Source: Deferribacterales bacterium
GTDB lineage: Bacteria; Chrysiogenota; Deferribacteres; Deferribacterales; Geovibrionaceae
Assembly: GCA_050251945.1 (NCBI GenBank)
Contig: JBFWLW010000005.1
Span: 64,001 to 128,000, forward strand
Reading direction: 5' to 3'
Length of the DNA stretch: 64,000 nucleotides
In this document: piece by piece, positions 37,696 through 47,485 of the stretch
Position numbering within the stretch: position 1 is the stretch's first letter
Layout of the letters: every line of letters starts with the position of its first letter
Program-made: the position numbers and the translations under genes
The notes under the pieces: generated by a model
Seen by the model: only the letters and a program-made list of their open reading frames with translations
Told to the model about the DNA's origin: nothing
Database searches by the model: none

Positions 37696-40323
37696 ATGAC
37701 AGGTCACGAGATACGAAAAAAGTTTCTGGAATATTTTAAGCGGCACGGACACGTTGTGGTCGGTTCATCGTCACTCGTGCCTGCGGACGACCCTACGCTG
37801 CTTTTCACAAACGCGGGGATGAACCAGTTCAAGGACACCTTCCTCGGACGCGAGACCAGAAGCTATACCAGAGCCGCCACATGCCAGAAAGTTGTGCGGG
37901 CGGGCGGAAAACACAACGACCTTGAGAACGTGGGCGTAACCTCACGTCACCATACATTTTTTGAGATGCTTGGAAACTTTTCTTTCGGCGATTACTTCAA
38001 AGAGGACGCAATAAAGTTCGGATGGGAATTCCTCACCAAAGAGATGGGACTGCCCGCCGACAAAATGTTCGTGTCTGTGTATAACGACGACGACGAGGCG
38101 TTCGCCATCTGGCGCGACGTTATCGGACTTGACGAAAAAAACATCGAGCGCCGCGGCGAGAAGGATAACTTTTGGTCAATGGGCGATACGGGACCCTGCG
38201 GTCCCTGTTCGGAGATACACATTGATCAGGGCGAAGGCACCGGCTGCGGAAGACCCGAATGTGACCGCAACTGCGACTGCGACAGACACCTTGAGCTGTG
38301 GAACCTTGTTTTCATGCAGTTCGACCGTTCCGCGGACGGCAAACTGACACCCCTTCCAAAACCCAGCATTGACACGGGAATGGGACTTGAGCGTGTGACG
38401 TCCGTTGTACAGGGCGTAACAAGCAACTATGAAACCGACCTTTTCAAACCCATCCTTGAATATATATCGGAACTTGCCGGACATAAATACGGCACTGACA
38501 CCAAAAAAGATATCTCCGTGAGGGTCATAGCCGACCACAGCCGTTCCACAACATTCCTCGTGGGCGACGGAGTGCTTCCCGCCAACGACGGACGCGGCTA
38601 CGTTCTTCGCCGTATCATGCGCCGCGCTATGCGCCACGGCAAAATGCTCGGGTTCGAGGGAATGTTCTTCTACAAAGTATGCGAATTCGTGGTGGACTTC
38701 ATGAAAGGTCACTACATAGAACTTGCAGACAAAAAGCCTTTTATATCTAAGGTTGTTACAAACGAAGAACAGTCTTTCAGCAGAACGCTGGGCATCGGAT
38801 TGAAGATTATAGATGAGCTTCTCGAAAAGCATAAACAATACAAGGTTATCAGCGGCGAGGATATTTTCCGTCTGTACGATACGTATGGCTTTCCCGTCGA
38901 TCTGCTCACTGACATTGCCGAGGATGCGGGCTACGGGCTTGACACCGTCGGTTTTGAGCATGAGATGCAGGCACAGCAGGAACGCGCTAAAAAGTCATGG
39001 GCGGGAAGCGGCGATAACAGAGTGGCGGATATTTATATCCAGCTTGCAAGCCGCCTGCACACCGAGTTCACAGGCTACGACAGCCTGAAAGAATCCACGA
39101 CCGTGCTTTCTATAATTAAGGACGGCGCGGAGGTCAGCAGAACCGACGGCGAGTGCGACATTGTGCTTGCTAAATCACCCTTCTACGCGGAGGGCGGCGG
39201 TCAGACCGGGGACTGCGGTTATATCAAAACAGATTCCGCAGTATTCAAAGTGACAAAAACGTCAAAATACGGCGACGGCATGATAGTCATGCACGGCACG
39301 ACGGAACTCGGCGCCATAATAAAAGGCGAGAACGTAACGGCAGAGGTCGACAGGTCTGCCAGAAAGGCAACCGAGAAGAACCACACCGCAACACACCTTC
39401 TTCACAAGGCATTGCAGGAGGTTCTGGGTGATCACGTTCGTCAGGCGGGTTCAATGGTTACGCCGGACAGACTGCGTTTCGACTTCAACCACTACGCATC
39501 CGTTTCCCACGAGGAGATAGAGCGCATAGAGGAGAGGGTGAACGCTGTCATTCAGGAGAACGACGAAGTATCAAAAACGTTCATGAGCCGGGACGAAGCC
39601 GTTAAGGCGGGCGCAATGGCACTTTTCGGCGAAAAATACGGCGAGAGGGTGCGCGTTGTCCGTGTTGAGGATTTCAGCATGGAACTTTGCGGCGGATGCC
39701 ACGTCGACAGAACCGGGGATATCGGCTTTTTCAAGATCGCAAGCGAAGCCTCTGTGGCTTCCGGCGTGCGCAGGATAGAAGCTGTTACGGGGATGAACGC
39801 AGTTGCATACGCGCAGAAGACCGACAGTACTGTCAAAGAAGCTGCTAAACTGCTGAAAGCGGCTCCCGACAATGTCATTTCCAGAATAGAGGAAACTATG
39901 GACGCTCTGAAAGAGCGCGAACGCGAGCTTAAAAAACTCGGCGATAAGATAGCTTCCGCCCGCTCAGAGGAACTTCTCGATAATATTATTGACGTTAAAG
40001 GCGTTAAGCTCCTTGCCGTCACACTTGAGAACACAGATACGGATGCGCTGCGCAGGTTTGTGGACACTGCCCGCGAACGGATAAAGAGCGGCGTTGTTGT
40101 TGCTGCTTCTGTGAACGAAGGCAAGGTGATGTTCGCATGCGGCGTCACAAAAGATATAATGGACAGGGTTAAGGCGGGCGACGTTGTCCGCGAAGTGGCG
40201 AAGATTGCCGAAGGTTCAGGCGGCGGACGACCCGACATGGCAATGGCGGGCGGAAAGAATCCGGCGAAGCTGGGCGAGGCGATTGCCGCTGTGCCTGCTG
40301 TCGTGGAAAAGCTGATTGGCTGA
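37696..40323 (+). CDS. alaS: Alanine--tRNA ligase
   Basis: LLFTNAGMNQFK, HHTFFEMLGNFSFGDYFK, DTGMGLER, NHTATHLLH, ELCGGCH, GGGRPDMA. Confidence 0.99.
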   Translation: MTGHEIRKKFLEYFKRHGHVVVGSSSLVPADDPTLLFTNAGMNQFKDTFLGRETRSYTRAATCQKVVRAGGKHNDLENVGVTSRHHTFFEMLGNFSFGDYFKEDAIKFGWEFLTKEMGLPADKMFVSVYNDDDEAFAIWRDVIGLDEKNIERRGEKDNFWSMGDTGPCGPCSEIHIDQGEGTGCGRPECDRNCDCDRHLELWNLVFMQFDRSADGKLTPLPKPSIDTGMGLERVTSVVQGVTSNYETDLFKPILEYISELAGHKYGTDTKKDISVRVIADHSRSTTFLVGDGVLPANDGRGYVLRRIMRRAMRHGKMLGFEGMFFYKVCEFVVDFMKGHYIELADKKPFISKVVTNEEQSFSRTLGIGLKIIDELLEKHKQYKVISGEDIFRLYDTYGFPVDLLTDIAEDAGYGLDTVGFEHEMQAQQERAKKSWAGSGDNRVADIYIQLASRLHTEFTGYDSLKESTTVLSIIKDGAEVSRTDGECDIVLAKSPFYAEGGGQTGDCGYIKTDSAVFKVTKTSKYGDGMIVMHGTTELGAIIKGENVTAEVDRSARKATEKNHTATHLLHKALQEVLGDHVRQAGSMVTPDRLRFDFNHYASVSHEEIERIEERVNAVIQENDEVSKTFMSRDEAVKAGAMALFGEKYGERVRVVRVEDFSMELCGGCHVDRTGDIGFFKIASEASVASGVRRIEAVTGMNAVAYAQKTDSTVKEAAKLLKAAPDNVISRIEETMDALKERERELKKLGDKIASARSEELLDNIIDVKGVKLLAVTLENTDTDALRRFVDTARERIKSGVVVAASVNEGKVMFACGVTKDIMDRVKAGDVVREVAKIAEGSGGGRPDMAMAGGKNPAKLGEAIAAVPAVVEKLIG

Positions 40324-40879
40324 AATTTGCGAAATATCGGATATTCAAAACAAAGTATTGTCATATAAACGCAGAACTCTGGCGGCGACACCCCGTGTTG
40401 CCGCTGTTCTGCTTCTTCTGGTGCCTGCAGGCTCTCAGCACAATGTAATTCTGACAAAGCGGATGCGCAGTCTGGAACATCACGGCGGCGAGGTTTCTTT
40501 TCCCGGCGGAGGTGTGGAAAACGGCGAAAGCCTGTGCAGTGCGGCTCTGCGAGAGACCTGCGAAGAGATAGGAATCTGCGGCGATTCCGTAAAGCTTCTT
40601 GGCGCGCTTGATGATGAAATGTCGCGCTGGGGACACAGGGTCACTCCTTTTGTCGGTATCGGCGGCGGCACGGATTTCAGGAGACAGCAGACCGAGGTTG
40701 ACCGGATATACAACGTGCCTCTGGCGCATTTTGTTTCCAGACAGACCTACTGGACGGAAAAATGGTTTCGCGGGCGGGAATCCCGTACGGTTCATTTTTT
40801 CCGCTGGGAAAACGATATAGTCTGGGGGCTGACCGCTCTTATACTTGATAAGTTTGTGCATCTTTTATCACAAGAATAA
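40316..40879 (+). CDS. NUDIX hydrolase, CoA pyrophosphatase type
   Basis: AAVL...LTKR...HHGGEVSFPGG...AALRETCEEIG...VWGLTA. Confidence 0.9.
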   Translation: MAEICEISDIQNKVLSYKRRTLAATPRVAAVLLLLVPAGSQHNVILTKRMRSLEHHGGEVSFPGGGVENGESLCSAALRETCEEIGICGDSVKLLGALDDEMSRWGHRVTPFVGIGGGTDFRRQQTEVDRIYNVPLAHFVSRQTYWTEKWFRGRESRTVHFFRWENDIVWGLTALILDKFVHLLSQE

Positions 40880-40940
40880 TGTTGGCAAAGAGAGTGATTC
40901 GGTCTATTATGATAAATACAGCGGAACACGGGAGGAAAGT

Positions 40941-41408
40941 GTGAAAGCAGAATACATAAATCCCTTCATAGCATGTACCATCAACGTATTTGAGACCATG
41001 ACAGGTCTTAAGCCGGTCAAGGGTGATCTATATATCAAATCAGATGAAAACCTGCATTATGACGTTTCCGCGGTTATCGGTATTGTCGGCGACGTTGTGG
41101 GATATGTTTCCGTTAGTATGCCGGAAGCGCTGGCAACAAAGGTTGCATCCATCTTCCTGATGGAAGAGAAAGAAGACGTGGACACGGACGTCGGCGACGC
41201 CATAGGCGAGCTTATCAACATGATCGCAGGCAGCACGAAAAAAATGTTCACCGATAGAGGTCACAGATTCAGCATTTCCGTACCGAACGTTGTTGTGGGC
41301 AAAGGTCACACCATACAAAGACCTGCACACATCATTTGCGTCGGTGTCAAATTTAAGCTGGAAAATACCACTTTTGTCATTGAGATAGCACTTAAAGACA
41401 AAAACTGA
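40941..41408 (+). CDS. cheX: Chemotaxis phosphatase CheX
   Basis: YINPFI, DVSAVIGIVG, DAIGELINMIAG, ISVP; GTG start after GGAGG. Confidence 0.92.
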   Translation: MKAEYINPFIACTINVFETMTGLKPVKGDLYIKSDENLHYDVSAVIGIVGDVVGYVSVSMPEALATKVASIFLMEEKEDVDTDVGDAIGELINMIAGSTKKMFTDRGHRFSISVPNVVVGKGHTIQRPAHIICVGVKFKLENTTFVIEIALKDKN

Positions 41409-41469
41409 TATTATTCAGTACCAAATTATTTCTTATAAGGGTTGACTGCGCAGAAAACAGGAGGAATCC

Positions 41470-44400
41470 ATGATCAATCCGTCTTTATTCAACTGCGTAA
41501 CCAGAACAGATCTCGGTCAGAACCGCTTATCAATGCTGACAAAAAGACACGAGAACATCTTTTCAAAGTACAAAAACGACAACCTTCTCTTTTACAATTT
41601 CGCCGGACTGATGATTAACCATATGCCGGCTAATTTCCTGAGTTTTCTCTCCGACGAAGACCTCGACGGTTTTTTCACCTATCTTTTTAAAATATTTGAC
41701 GGCAGAAAAAAGAAAAAACTTGCTGTTGTTGCGGAAGATCTTGACACCAAGCCGTTCTTTGTGGGCAATTTCAGCCTTGTTTCGATTGTGACTGACGACA
41801 GACCCTTCCTTTACGACAGCGTATGGGCATATTTTCAGGAGAACGAGACCAAAGAGCTTTTCATTCTCCATCCTATCTTCAGCACGGAAAGGGACAAGCA
41901 GGGCAGCCTGACAAAAGTTTCCGAAACGGCTATCGGCTCAAAGAACGAATCGTTCTTTCTGATATTCCTTGAGCATATGGAAGTGCCGCAGCTTAAGAAC
42001 ATAACGAAGAATCTCTCGTCAGTTTACGAGTGTGTGATGGCGGCTGTGGATGATTTTCACCGCATGACGGAGCTTATGCACAACCTTGCCAGCGAACTGC
42101 GCGAGAGCGAACCGGAGGTTTCAAGGTTCATTCACTGGCTTTTACAGGATAATTTCATCTGGCAGGGCGCCAGAGTCATAAACATAAAGACCGAAGACAT
42201 GTCCATGACAAATACGGATATAGGCATCTGTACCCTGTCCGGTGAGAAGCCGGATGCCAAGGCGCTTTTGTCGGTTATTGATGAAGGAAAACTGAACTAT
42301 GTGGACGGACACCCCGTTGTCGTTGATATTTCACTTGAACGATCGAAGGTGAAAACGCGGGGATATCTGAACCGTCTGATGTTCGTTGACAGGCACGGGA
42401 AGTTTTTACGTGTCGTCGAGGTCTTCGGAAAGTTCACATACAAAGGGCGCAAATGTCCTCCGCACGAGATACCAATTGTTCGCGACAAGATAAAACAGGC
42501 TCTTGACCACTTCAATTTCGTCCACGGTTCGCACGATTACAAATGGGTTCGTTCTCTCATAGACGATTTCCCTAAGATAGAGCTTTTCAATTTCAACACC
42601 AAACTTACCATAGAGACCCTTGAGCTTATCCTTACCATGCAGGGTTCGGAACAGATACGCATATGTTATCGGGATTTCAGACCCCTGAACAACCTGTTCT
42701 TCTTCATCGCTCTGCCTTTTGAGAAGTATTCAACCGAGCTTGTCGAGAACCTGCGTGAGTTTCTGGCGGAATTTTTCGATGCGGAGCTTCTTGACACCAG
42801 CATACGCGAGGACGAGCATAAACGCTATTACATGCATTTCCATCTGTTTCTGCGCGATACGGAAACACTTATAAAAACCGACGACAACCTGCTTAAGAAC
42901 AGAATACTCTCCATGCTGCGCACATGGGATGCCAACCTCTACGACCTTCTGCACGACAGACTGGATTCGTCCGATATAGACAGGGTTTACGCCAGATATG
43001 TCGATGCTTTCAGCGAAGTTTACAGGTCGCGCAATAGTCCGGAGGCGGGCTTCGCGGATATTATGTCACTTGAAAGGCTGGAAGGCGTCAAAGCGCGCAT
43101 TTATGCCGAGCATGGGCGTGCAATTCTAAAGATATATGCGCAGTCAAGGTTCCTTCTCACCCAGCTTATGCCCGTTCTGGACAACATCGGGCTTAAGGTT
43201 TATGAGGAGGATACTTTCAGGCTTCAGCTTGAGGACGGCGAACGTTACATAAACGCTGTGTATCTTGCGGATATAGAATATCCCGAAGAGTTCTGCGATA
43301 TGTACAAGGAGAATGTGCCACAGCTTATGGTTCATGTGTTAAGCGGTACGGCGGAGAACGACAGGCTGAACGGGCTTGCCGTCACGGCGTCACTGAAATA
43401 CCGCCAGATAGCTGTTCTGCGGGCGCTTCGCAACTTTATCAGACAGATAGACACCAGCTTCACGCTGATAACACTTACTAACGCTTTTACAAACAATCCC
43501 GACATAGCCGGACTTATCGTGCGGCTGTTCGAGACGAAGTTCGATCCGTCGGTGAAAAAAGCGGATGTTGACGGCATAATACAGATGATAATGCCCATGA
43601 TAGACAGGGTAGTGTCCGCAGCGGAGGACAAGGCTCTGCGGGACTGTGTTCAGGTGCTTGGCGGCATGGTGCGCACAAACTATTACTGCGTGCCGGAGCG
43701 ACCCTATATCTCGTTCAAGCTCAGAAGCCGCGAGCTGGACATCATACCCGAACCGCGCCCGTTGTTTGAGATATTCGTACACTCCGCCCAGATGGACGGA
43801 ATACACCTGCGCGGCGGCAGGGTTGCCCGCGGCGGACTGCGTTTTTCCGACAGACCCGACGATTACCGCACGGAGATTCTGGGACTGGTCAAGACCCAGA
43901 TGGTTAAAAACGCCGTCATTGTTCCTGTCGGTTCAAAGGGCGGTTTCATTGTAAAGACCAGATACAAAGACAGAACGGCAGACAAAGATAACGTAATAGC
44001 TCAATACAAGAACTATATACGCGCTCTGCTGGACGTTACGGACAACATAAAAAACGGAAAAGTTGTGCATCCCGAAAATGTTAAGATATACGACGAAAAG
44101 GATCCTTATCTCGTTGTTGCGGCAGACAAAGGAACTGCGGCGTTCAGCGATATCGCGAACTCCGTTTCCGTTGAGCGCGGCTTCTGGCTGGGCGATGCTT
44201 TCGCGTCGGGCGGCAGTGCCGGATATGACCATAAAAAAGTTGGTATAACAGCCAAGGGTGCATGGGAATGTGTTAAGCGTCATTTCCGCGAGACCGGCAA
44301 AGATATACAAAAAGAGGAATTCACCGTATTCGGAATAGGCGATATGGGCGGCGACGTTTTCGGCAACGGTATGCTTCTGTCAAAAAAGATACTTTTGCTG

Positions 44401-46182
44401 GCGGCGTTCAACCATATGCATATCTTCCTCGACCCCTCACCGGATGCTGAAAAGAGTTTCAATGAACGCAAAAGACTGTTTGCTGTAGGACCTTCCGGTT
44501 CGTGGGCGGATTACGACAGAACGATAATTTCGGAGGGCGGCGGCATTTTTGAACGCTCCGCCAAGAAGATAGAGCTTTCACAGCAGTTACGCACCATGCT
44601 GGATGCCGATAAGCATCACGTTTCCGGCGAAGAGCTTATCGGGTTCATCCTGAGGATGCGGGCGGAGCTGATGTGGAACGGCGGCATCGGCACCTATGTC
44701 AGAGCCACTGCGGAAACCAACTCGCAGGTGGGCGACCCCGCGAACGATTCGGTGAGGATAACATCCCACGAGCTTCGCGCTGTGGTGGTCGGCGAGGGCG
44801 GCAACCTCGGACTCACTCAGAAGGCGCGCATTGAATACGCGGAAAAAGGCGGCAAGATAAACACCGACGCGCTGGATAACTCGGCGGGTGTGGATATGTC
44901 CGACCACGAGGTTAACCTCAAGATAATGTTCTCGAAACTGATGAAGGACGGGGACATGAAGGATTTTGCCGAGCGCAACAGATACATCAAAAAACTCACC
45001 CCGCAGGTGGAGGCGCTGGTTCTGCGCGACAATTATCTCCAGTCGGGCTGTATCAGCATGGCGCAGCGCGGGTATGAATTAAGTCCGGTTATCTATAAAG
45101 AATTTGCCAAACATCTCAGAGACAGGAAGCTTCTGGATTTCAATATCGAGAAGATTGAATTTGTTGATGGTGACAAAACACCCACAAGACCCGAACTGTG
45201 CGTTCTGCTCGCCTATTCAAAGATATTCCTCTACGGCGGGATAGAGCAGGGGCTTAACGTTGAAGACGAACTCGTTAAGCGCGAATATATGAGCTATTAC
45301 CCGGCAGATATGCAGGCGCAGTACGGCGAAAAACTGTACGACCATATTCTGCGCCGCGAAATCGCAGCAACAGTCATCATAAACAGGCTCATAAACCGCA
45401 CGGGTCCGGTGTTCTTCTATGAACTGTACAAGAACAACAATATAGATTTCAGCCGCCTTGTGCATGCTTACATGCTGGCGGAGGATGCGCTTGATCTTAA
45501 AAATATCCGCCTCGAGCTTGAGGCTCTGAACGGAAAAACGGGAACCGAATCTGTTTACACCGCCATGAGCGAGCTTGAAAAGACTATGAAGGTTGCGACC
45601 GTCTGGATTGCCGACGAGGCAAGGTCGCAGAGGGTAAGGGAGCGCAGAGAAGAATTCGGAGAGATAGTAAGGCTTATCCCCAAACATCTTTCCTCCGGAC
45701 TGAAAGAAAACCACGACGCTATGTGTTTGGAGCTTACAGAGGGCGGTATACCGTCTACACTTGCAAAACGCATCGCGGCGGTTCGCTATGCAAAGGCGGC
45801 GTTCGATATCTTCGACATCCATGTGAAGACCGGACGCGCCGTAAGAGACATTCTCACGGCATATTACGAAGCGGATTCAGTTTTTTCAATTACGGAACTG
45901 ACAAGCGGAATAAAATCAGTTAAGATACGAACCGAATGGGAACGGGTGAACATGGAATCCCTTGTGAACCGTCTCAAACAGATACAGAAAAGGACAGCCG
46001 TTTTCCTCTGCGACAGAGGCAGAGCCGGTCTGAACGGTCTGAAAGCTTCCGAAAGGACGTTTTTCGAGAACTATAATGCGTTTCTGATGTCTGTGAGAAG
46101 CAGGGATATCGACAGTCTTGTCCCGTACAACGTTGTTGCGGACATGTTCTCACGCCTTGCGGAGAAGTTCGGAGAAAACTGA
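41470..46182 (+). CDS. gdhB: Large-type NAD-specific glutamate dehydrogenase
   Basis: DDRPFLYDSV, GIHLRGGRVARGGLRFSDR, KNAVIVPVGSKGG, VVAADKGTA, GIGDMGGDVFGNG, DNSAGVDMSDHEVNLK. Confidence 0.95.
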   Translation: MINPSLFNCVTRTDLGQNRLSMLTKRHENIFSKYKNDNLLFYNFAGLMINHMPANFLSFLSDEDLDGFFTYLFKIFDGRKKKKLAVVAEDLDTKPFFVGNFSLVSIVTDDRPFLYDSVWAYFQENETKELFILHPIFSTERDKQGSLTKVSETAIGSKNESFFLIFLEHMEVPQLKNITKNLSSVYECVMAAVDDFHRMTELMHNLASELRESEPEVSRFIHWLLQDNFIWQGARVINIKTEDMSMTNTDIGICTLSGEKPDAKALLSVIDEGKLNYVDGHPVVVDISLERSKVKTRGYLNRLMFVDRHGKFLRVVEVFGKFTYKGRKCPPHEIPIVRDKIKQALDHFNFVHGSHDYKWVRSLIDDFPKIELFNFNTKLTIETLELILTMQGSEQIRICYRDFRPLNNLFFFIALPFEKYSTELVENLREFLAEFFDAELLDTSIREDEHKRYYMHFHLFLRDTETLIKTDDNLLKNRILSMLRTWDANLYDLLHDRLDSSDIDRVYARYVDAFSEVYRSRNSPEAGFADIMSLERLEGVKARIYAEHGRAILKIYAQSRFLLTQLMPVLDNIGLKVYEEDTFRLQLEDGERYINAVYLADIEYPEEFCDMYKENVPQLMVHVLSGTAENDRLNGLAVTASLKYRQIAVLRALRNFIRQIDTSFTLITLTNAFTNNPDIAGLIVRLFETKFDPSVKKADVDGIIQMIMPMIDRVVSAAEDKALRDCVQVLGGMVRTNYYCVPERPYISFKLRSRELDIIPEPRPLFEIFVHSAQMDGIHLRGGRVARGGLRFSDRPDDYRTEILGLVKTQMVKNAVIVPVGSKGGFIVKTRYKDRTADKDNVIAQYKNYIRALLDVTDNIKNGKVVHPENVKIYDEKDPYLVVAADKGTAAFSDIANSVSVERGFWLGDAFASGGSAGYDHKKVGITAKGAWECVKRHFRETGKDIQKEEFTVFGIGDMGGDVFGNGMLLSKKILLLAAFNHMHIFLDPSPDAEKSFNERKRLFAVGPSGSWADYDRTIISEGGGIFERSAKKIELSQQLRTMLDADKHHVSGEELIGFILRMRAELMWNGGIGTYVRATAETNSQVGDPANDSVRITSHELRAVVVGEGGNLGLTQKARIEYAEKGGKINTDALDNSAGVDMSDHEVNLKIMFSKLMKDGDMKDFAERNRYIKKLTPQVEALVLRDNYLQSGCISMAQRGYELSPVIYKEFAKHLRDRKLLDFNIEKIEFVDGDKTPTRPELCVLLAYSKIFLYGGIEQGLNVEDELVKREYMSYYPADMQAQYGEKLYDHILRREIAATVIINRLINRTGPVFFYELYKNNNIDFSRLVHAYMLAEDALDLKNIRLELEALNGKTGTESVYTAMSELEKTMKVATVWIADEARSQRVRERREEFGEIVRLIPKHLSSGLKENHDAMCLELTEGGIPSTLAKRIAAVRYAKAAFDIFDIHVKTGRAVRDILTAYYEADSVFSITELTSGIKSVKIRTEWERVNMESLVNRLKQIQKRTAVFLCDRGRAGLNGLKASERTFFENYNAFLMSVRSRDIDSLVPYNVVADMFSRLAEKFGEN

Positions 46183-47483
46183 TGATAAACAAAAAACTGA
46201 TTTGTACGATTATACTTTTTATATTCTGTTTCGGAGGTTATGCTTTGGCGAATGAAACAGCAAAGCTGGATAATAACTTAACGCTTATTTACAAGTACAT
46301 TCCGGGGGTTAAAGTTGTTTCGGTGCAGACATGGATGAGAACTGGCTCTGTTAACGAAACGACTGAAGAGAGCGGAATTTCACACTTTCTTGAGCATATG
46401 GTGTTCAAAGGCACAAAAAAATATAAACCGGGCGAGATAGACACAGTTGTCGAGGGCAAGGGCGGGGTTATGAACGCCGCCACCAGCAAGGATTATACAT
46501 ACTATTACATCAATATCCCCTCATATAACGCGGAAGTAGCTTTTGACACCATAAGCGAAATGGTGTTCCGCGCATCGTTCATTCCAGACGAAATAGAGAA
46601 GGAAAAACCTGTAGTAATTCAGGAAATAAAGATGGGCAAAGACCGTCCCACATCGGGCATGTGGGAGGAGTTTTCAAAAGTTATGTTCAGCGATACTCCC
46701 TACGAGCGGGAAGTGATCGGAACGGAAGATACCGTTAATTCCTTTACACACGATATGCTTATGGCTTACTACAACAGATATTATCACCCTGACAATATGA
46801 CGCTTGTGGTTGTCGGCGACATATCATACGACGAGGTGCTGAAACTCGCAAAAGAATATTACAGCGACAAACGCAGTGTCAAAGCCGGCAAACGGTACGA
46901 CAAGGACGGGCTTACGAAGATTGACAAGCCAGTTGAGCTGTCAGTTAAAAAAGATATAAGTCAGGAATACGGAATCTTAGCCTATCCCGCGGAAGGCATA
47001 TCTCAGATAGACGTTTTTGCAATGGAGATTCTGGGCGAGATACTTTCCGGCGGTGAATTCTCCGTGCTTAACCAGAAATTCAGATATGACAACGATCTGG
47101 CTAACAGTATAAACGGCGGCTATTACGGTCTGAAACACAGAGGCACTTTCCTTTTCACATACAACTGTCAGATAGGTAAGGGCGACGCTGTTAAAGCTGA
47201 AATAATTAAAACTGTAAAGGATATAGATAAGTATCTCACTGACGGGAACATTGAAAAGGCGAAGAACAGACTGAAAAGCCAGACCATGTTCCAGCGCGAG
47301 AAAACGTCAAGCGAGGCAAACGACATCGGATATTCATATACAGTGGAAAAACCCTCATATTATGATAATTTTGTTGAAAATATTAATAAAACAGATAAGC
47401 TTAGTATTGAGAATGCCATAAAAACTATTTTCAAGTCGGAGTATGTCTGGGTCAGAACCATGCCCGACGGAAAAAGTGAGTAG
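46182..47483 (+). CDS. M16 family zinc peptidase with signal peptide
   Basis: GSVNE...GISHFLEHMVFKG inverted HxxEH; YYHPDNMTLVVVGD. Confidence 0.93.
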   Translation: MINKKLICTIILFIFCFGGYALANETAKLDNNLTLIYKYIPGVKVVSVQTWMRTGSVNETTEESGISHFLEHMVFKGTKKYKPGEIDTVVEGKGGVMNAATSKDYTYYYINIPSYNAEVAFDTISEMVFRASFIPDEIEKEKPVVIQEIKMGKDRPTSGMWEEFSKVMFSDTPYEREVIGTEDTVNSFTHDMLMAYYNRYYHPDNMTLVVVGDISYDEVLKLAKEYYSDKRSVKAGKRYDKDGLTKIDKPVELSVKKDISQEYGILAYPAEGISQIDVFAMEILGEILSGGEFSVLNQKFRYDNDLANSINGGYYGLKHRGTFLFTYNCQIGKGDAVKAEIIKTVKDIDKYLTDGNIEKAKNRLKSQTMFQREKTSSEANDIGYSYTVEKPSYYDNFVENINKTDKLSIENAIKTIFKSEYVWVRTMPDGKSE

Positions 47484-47485
47484 CC

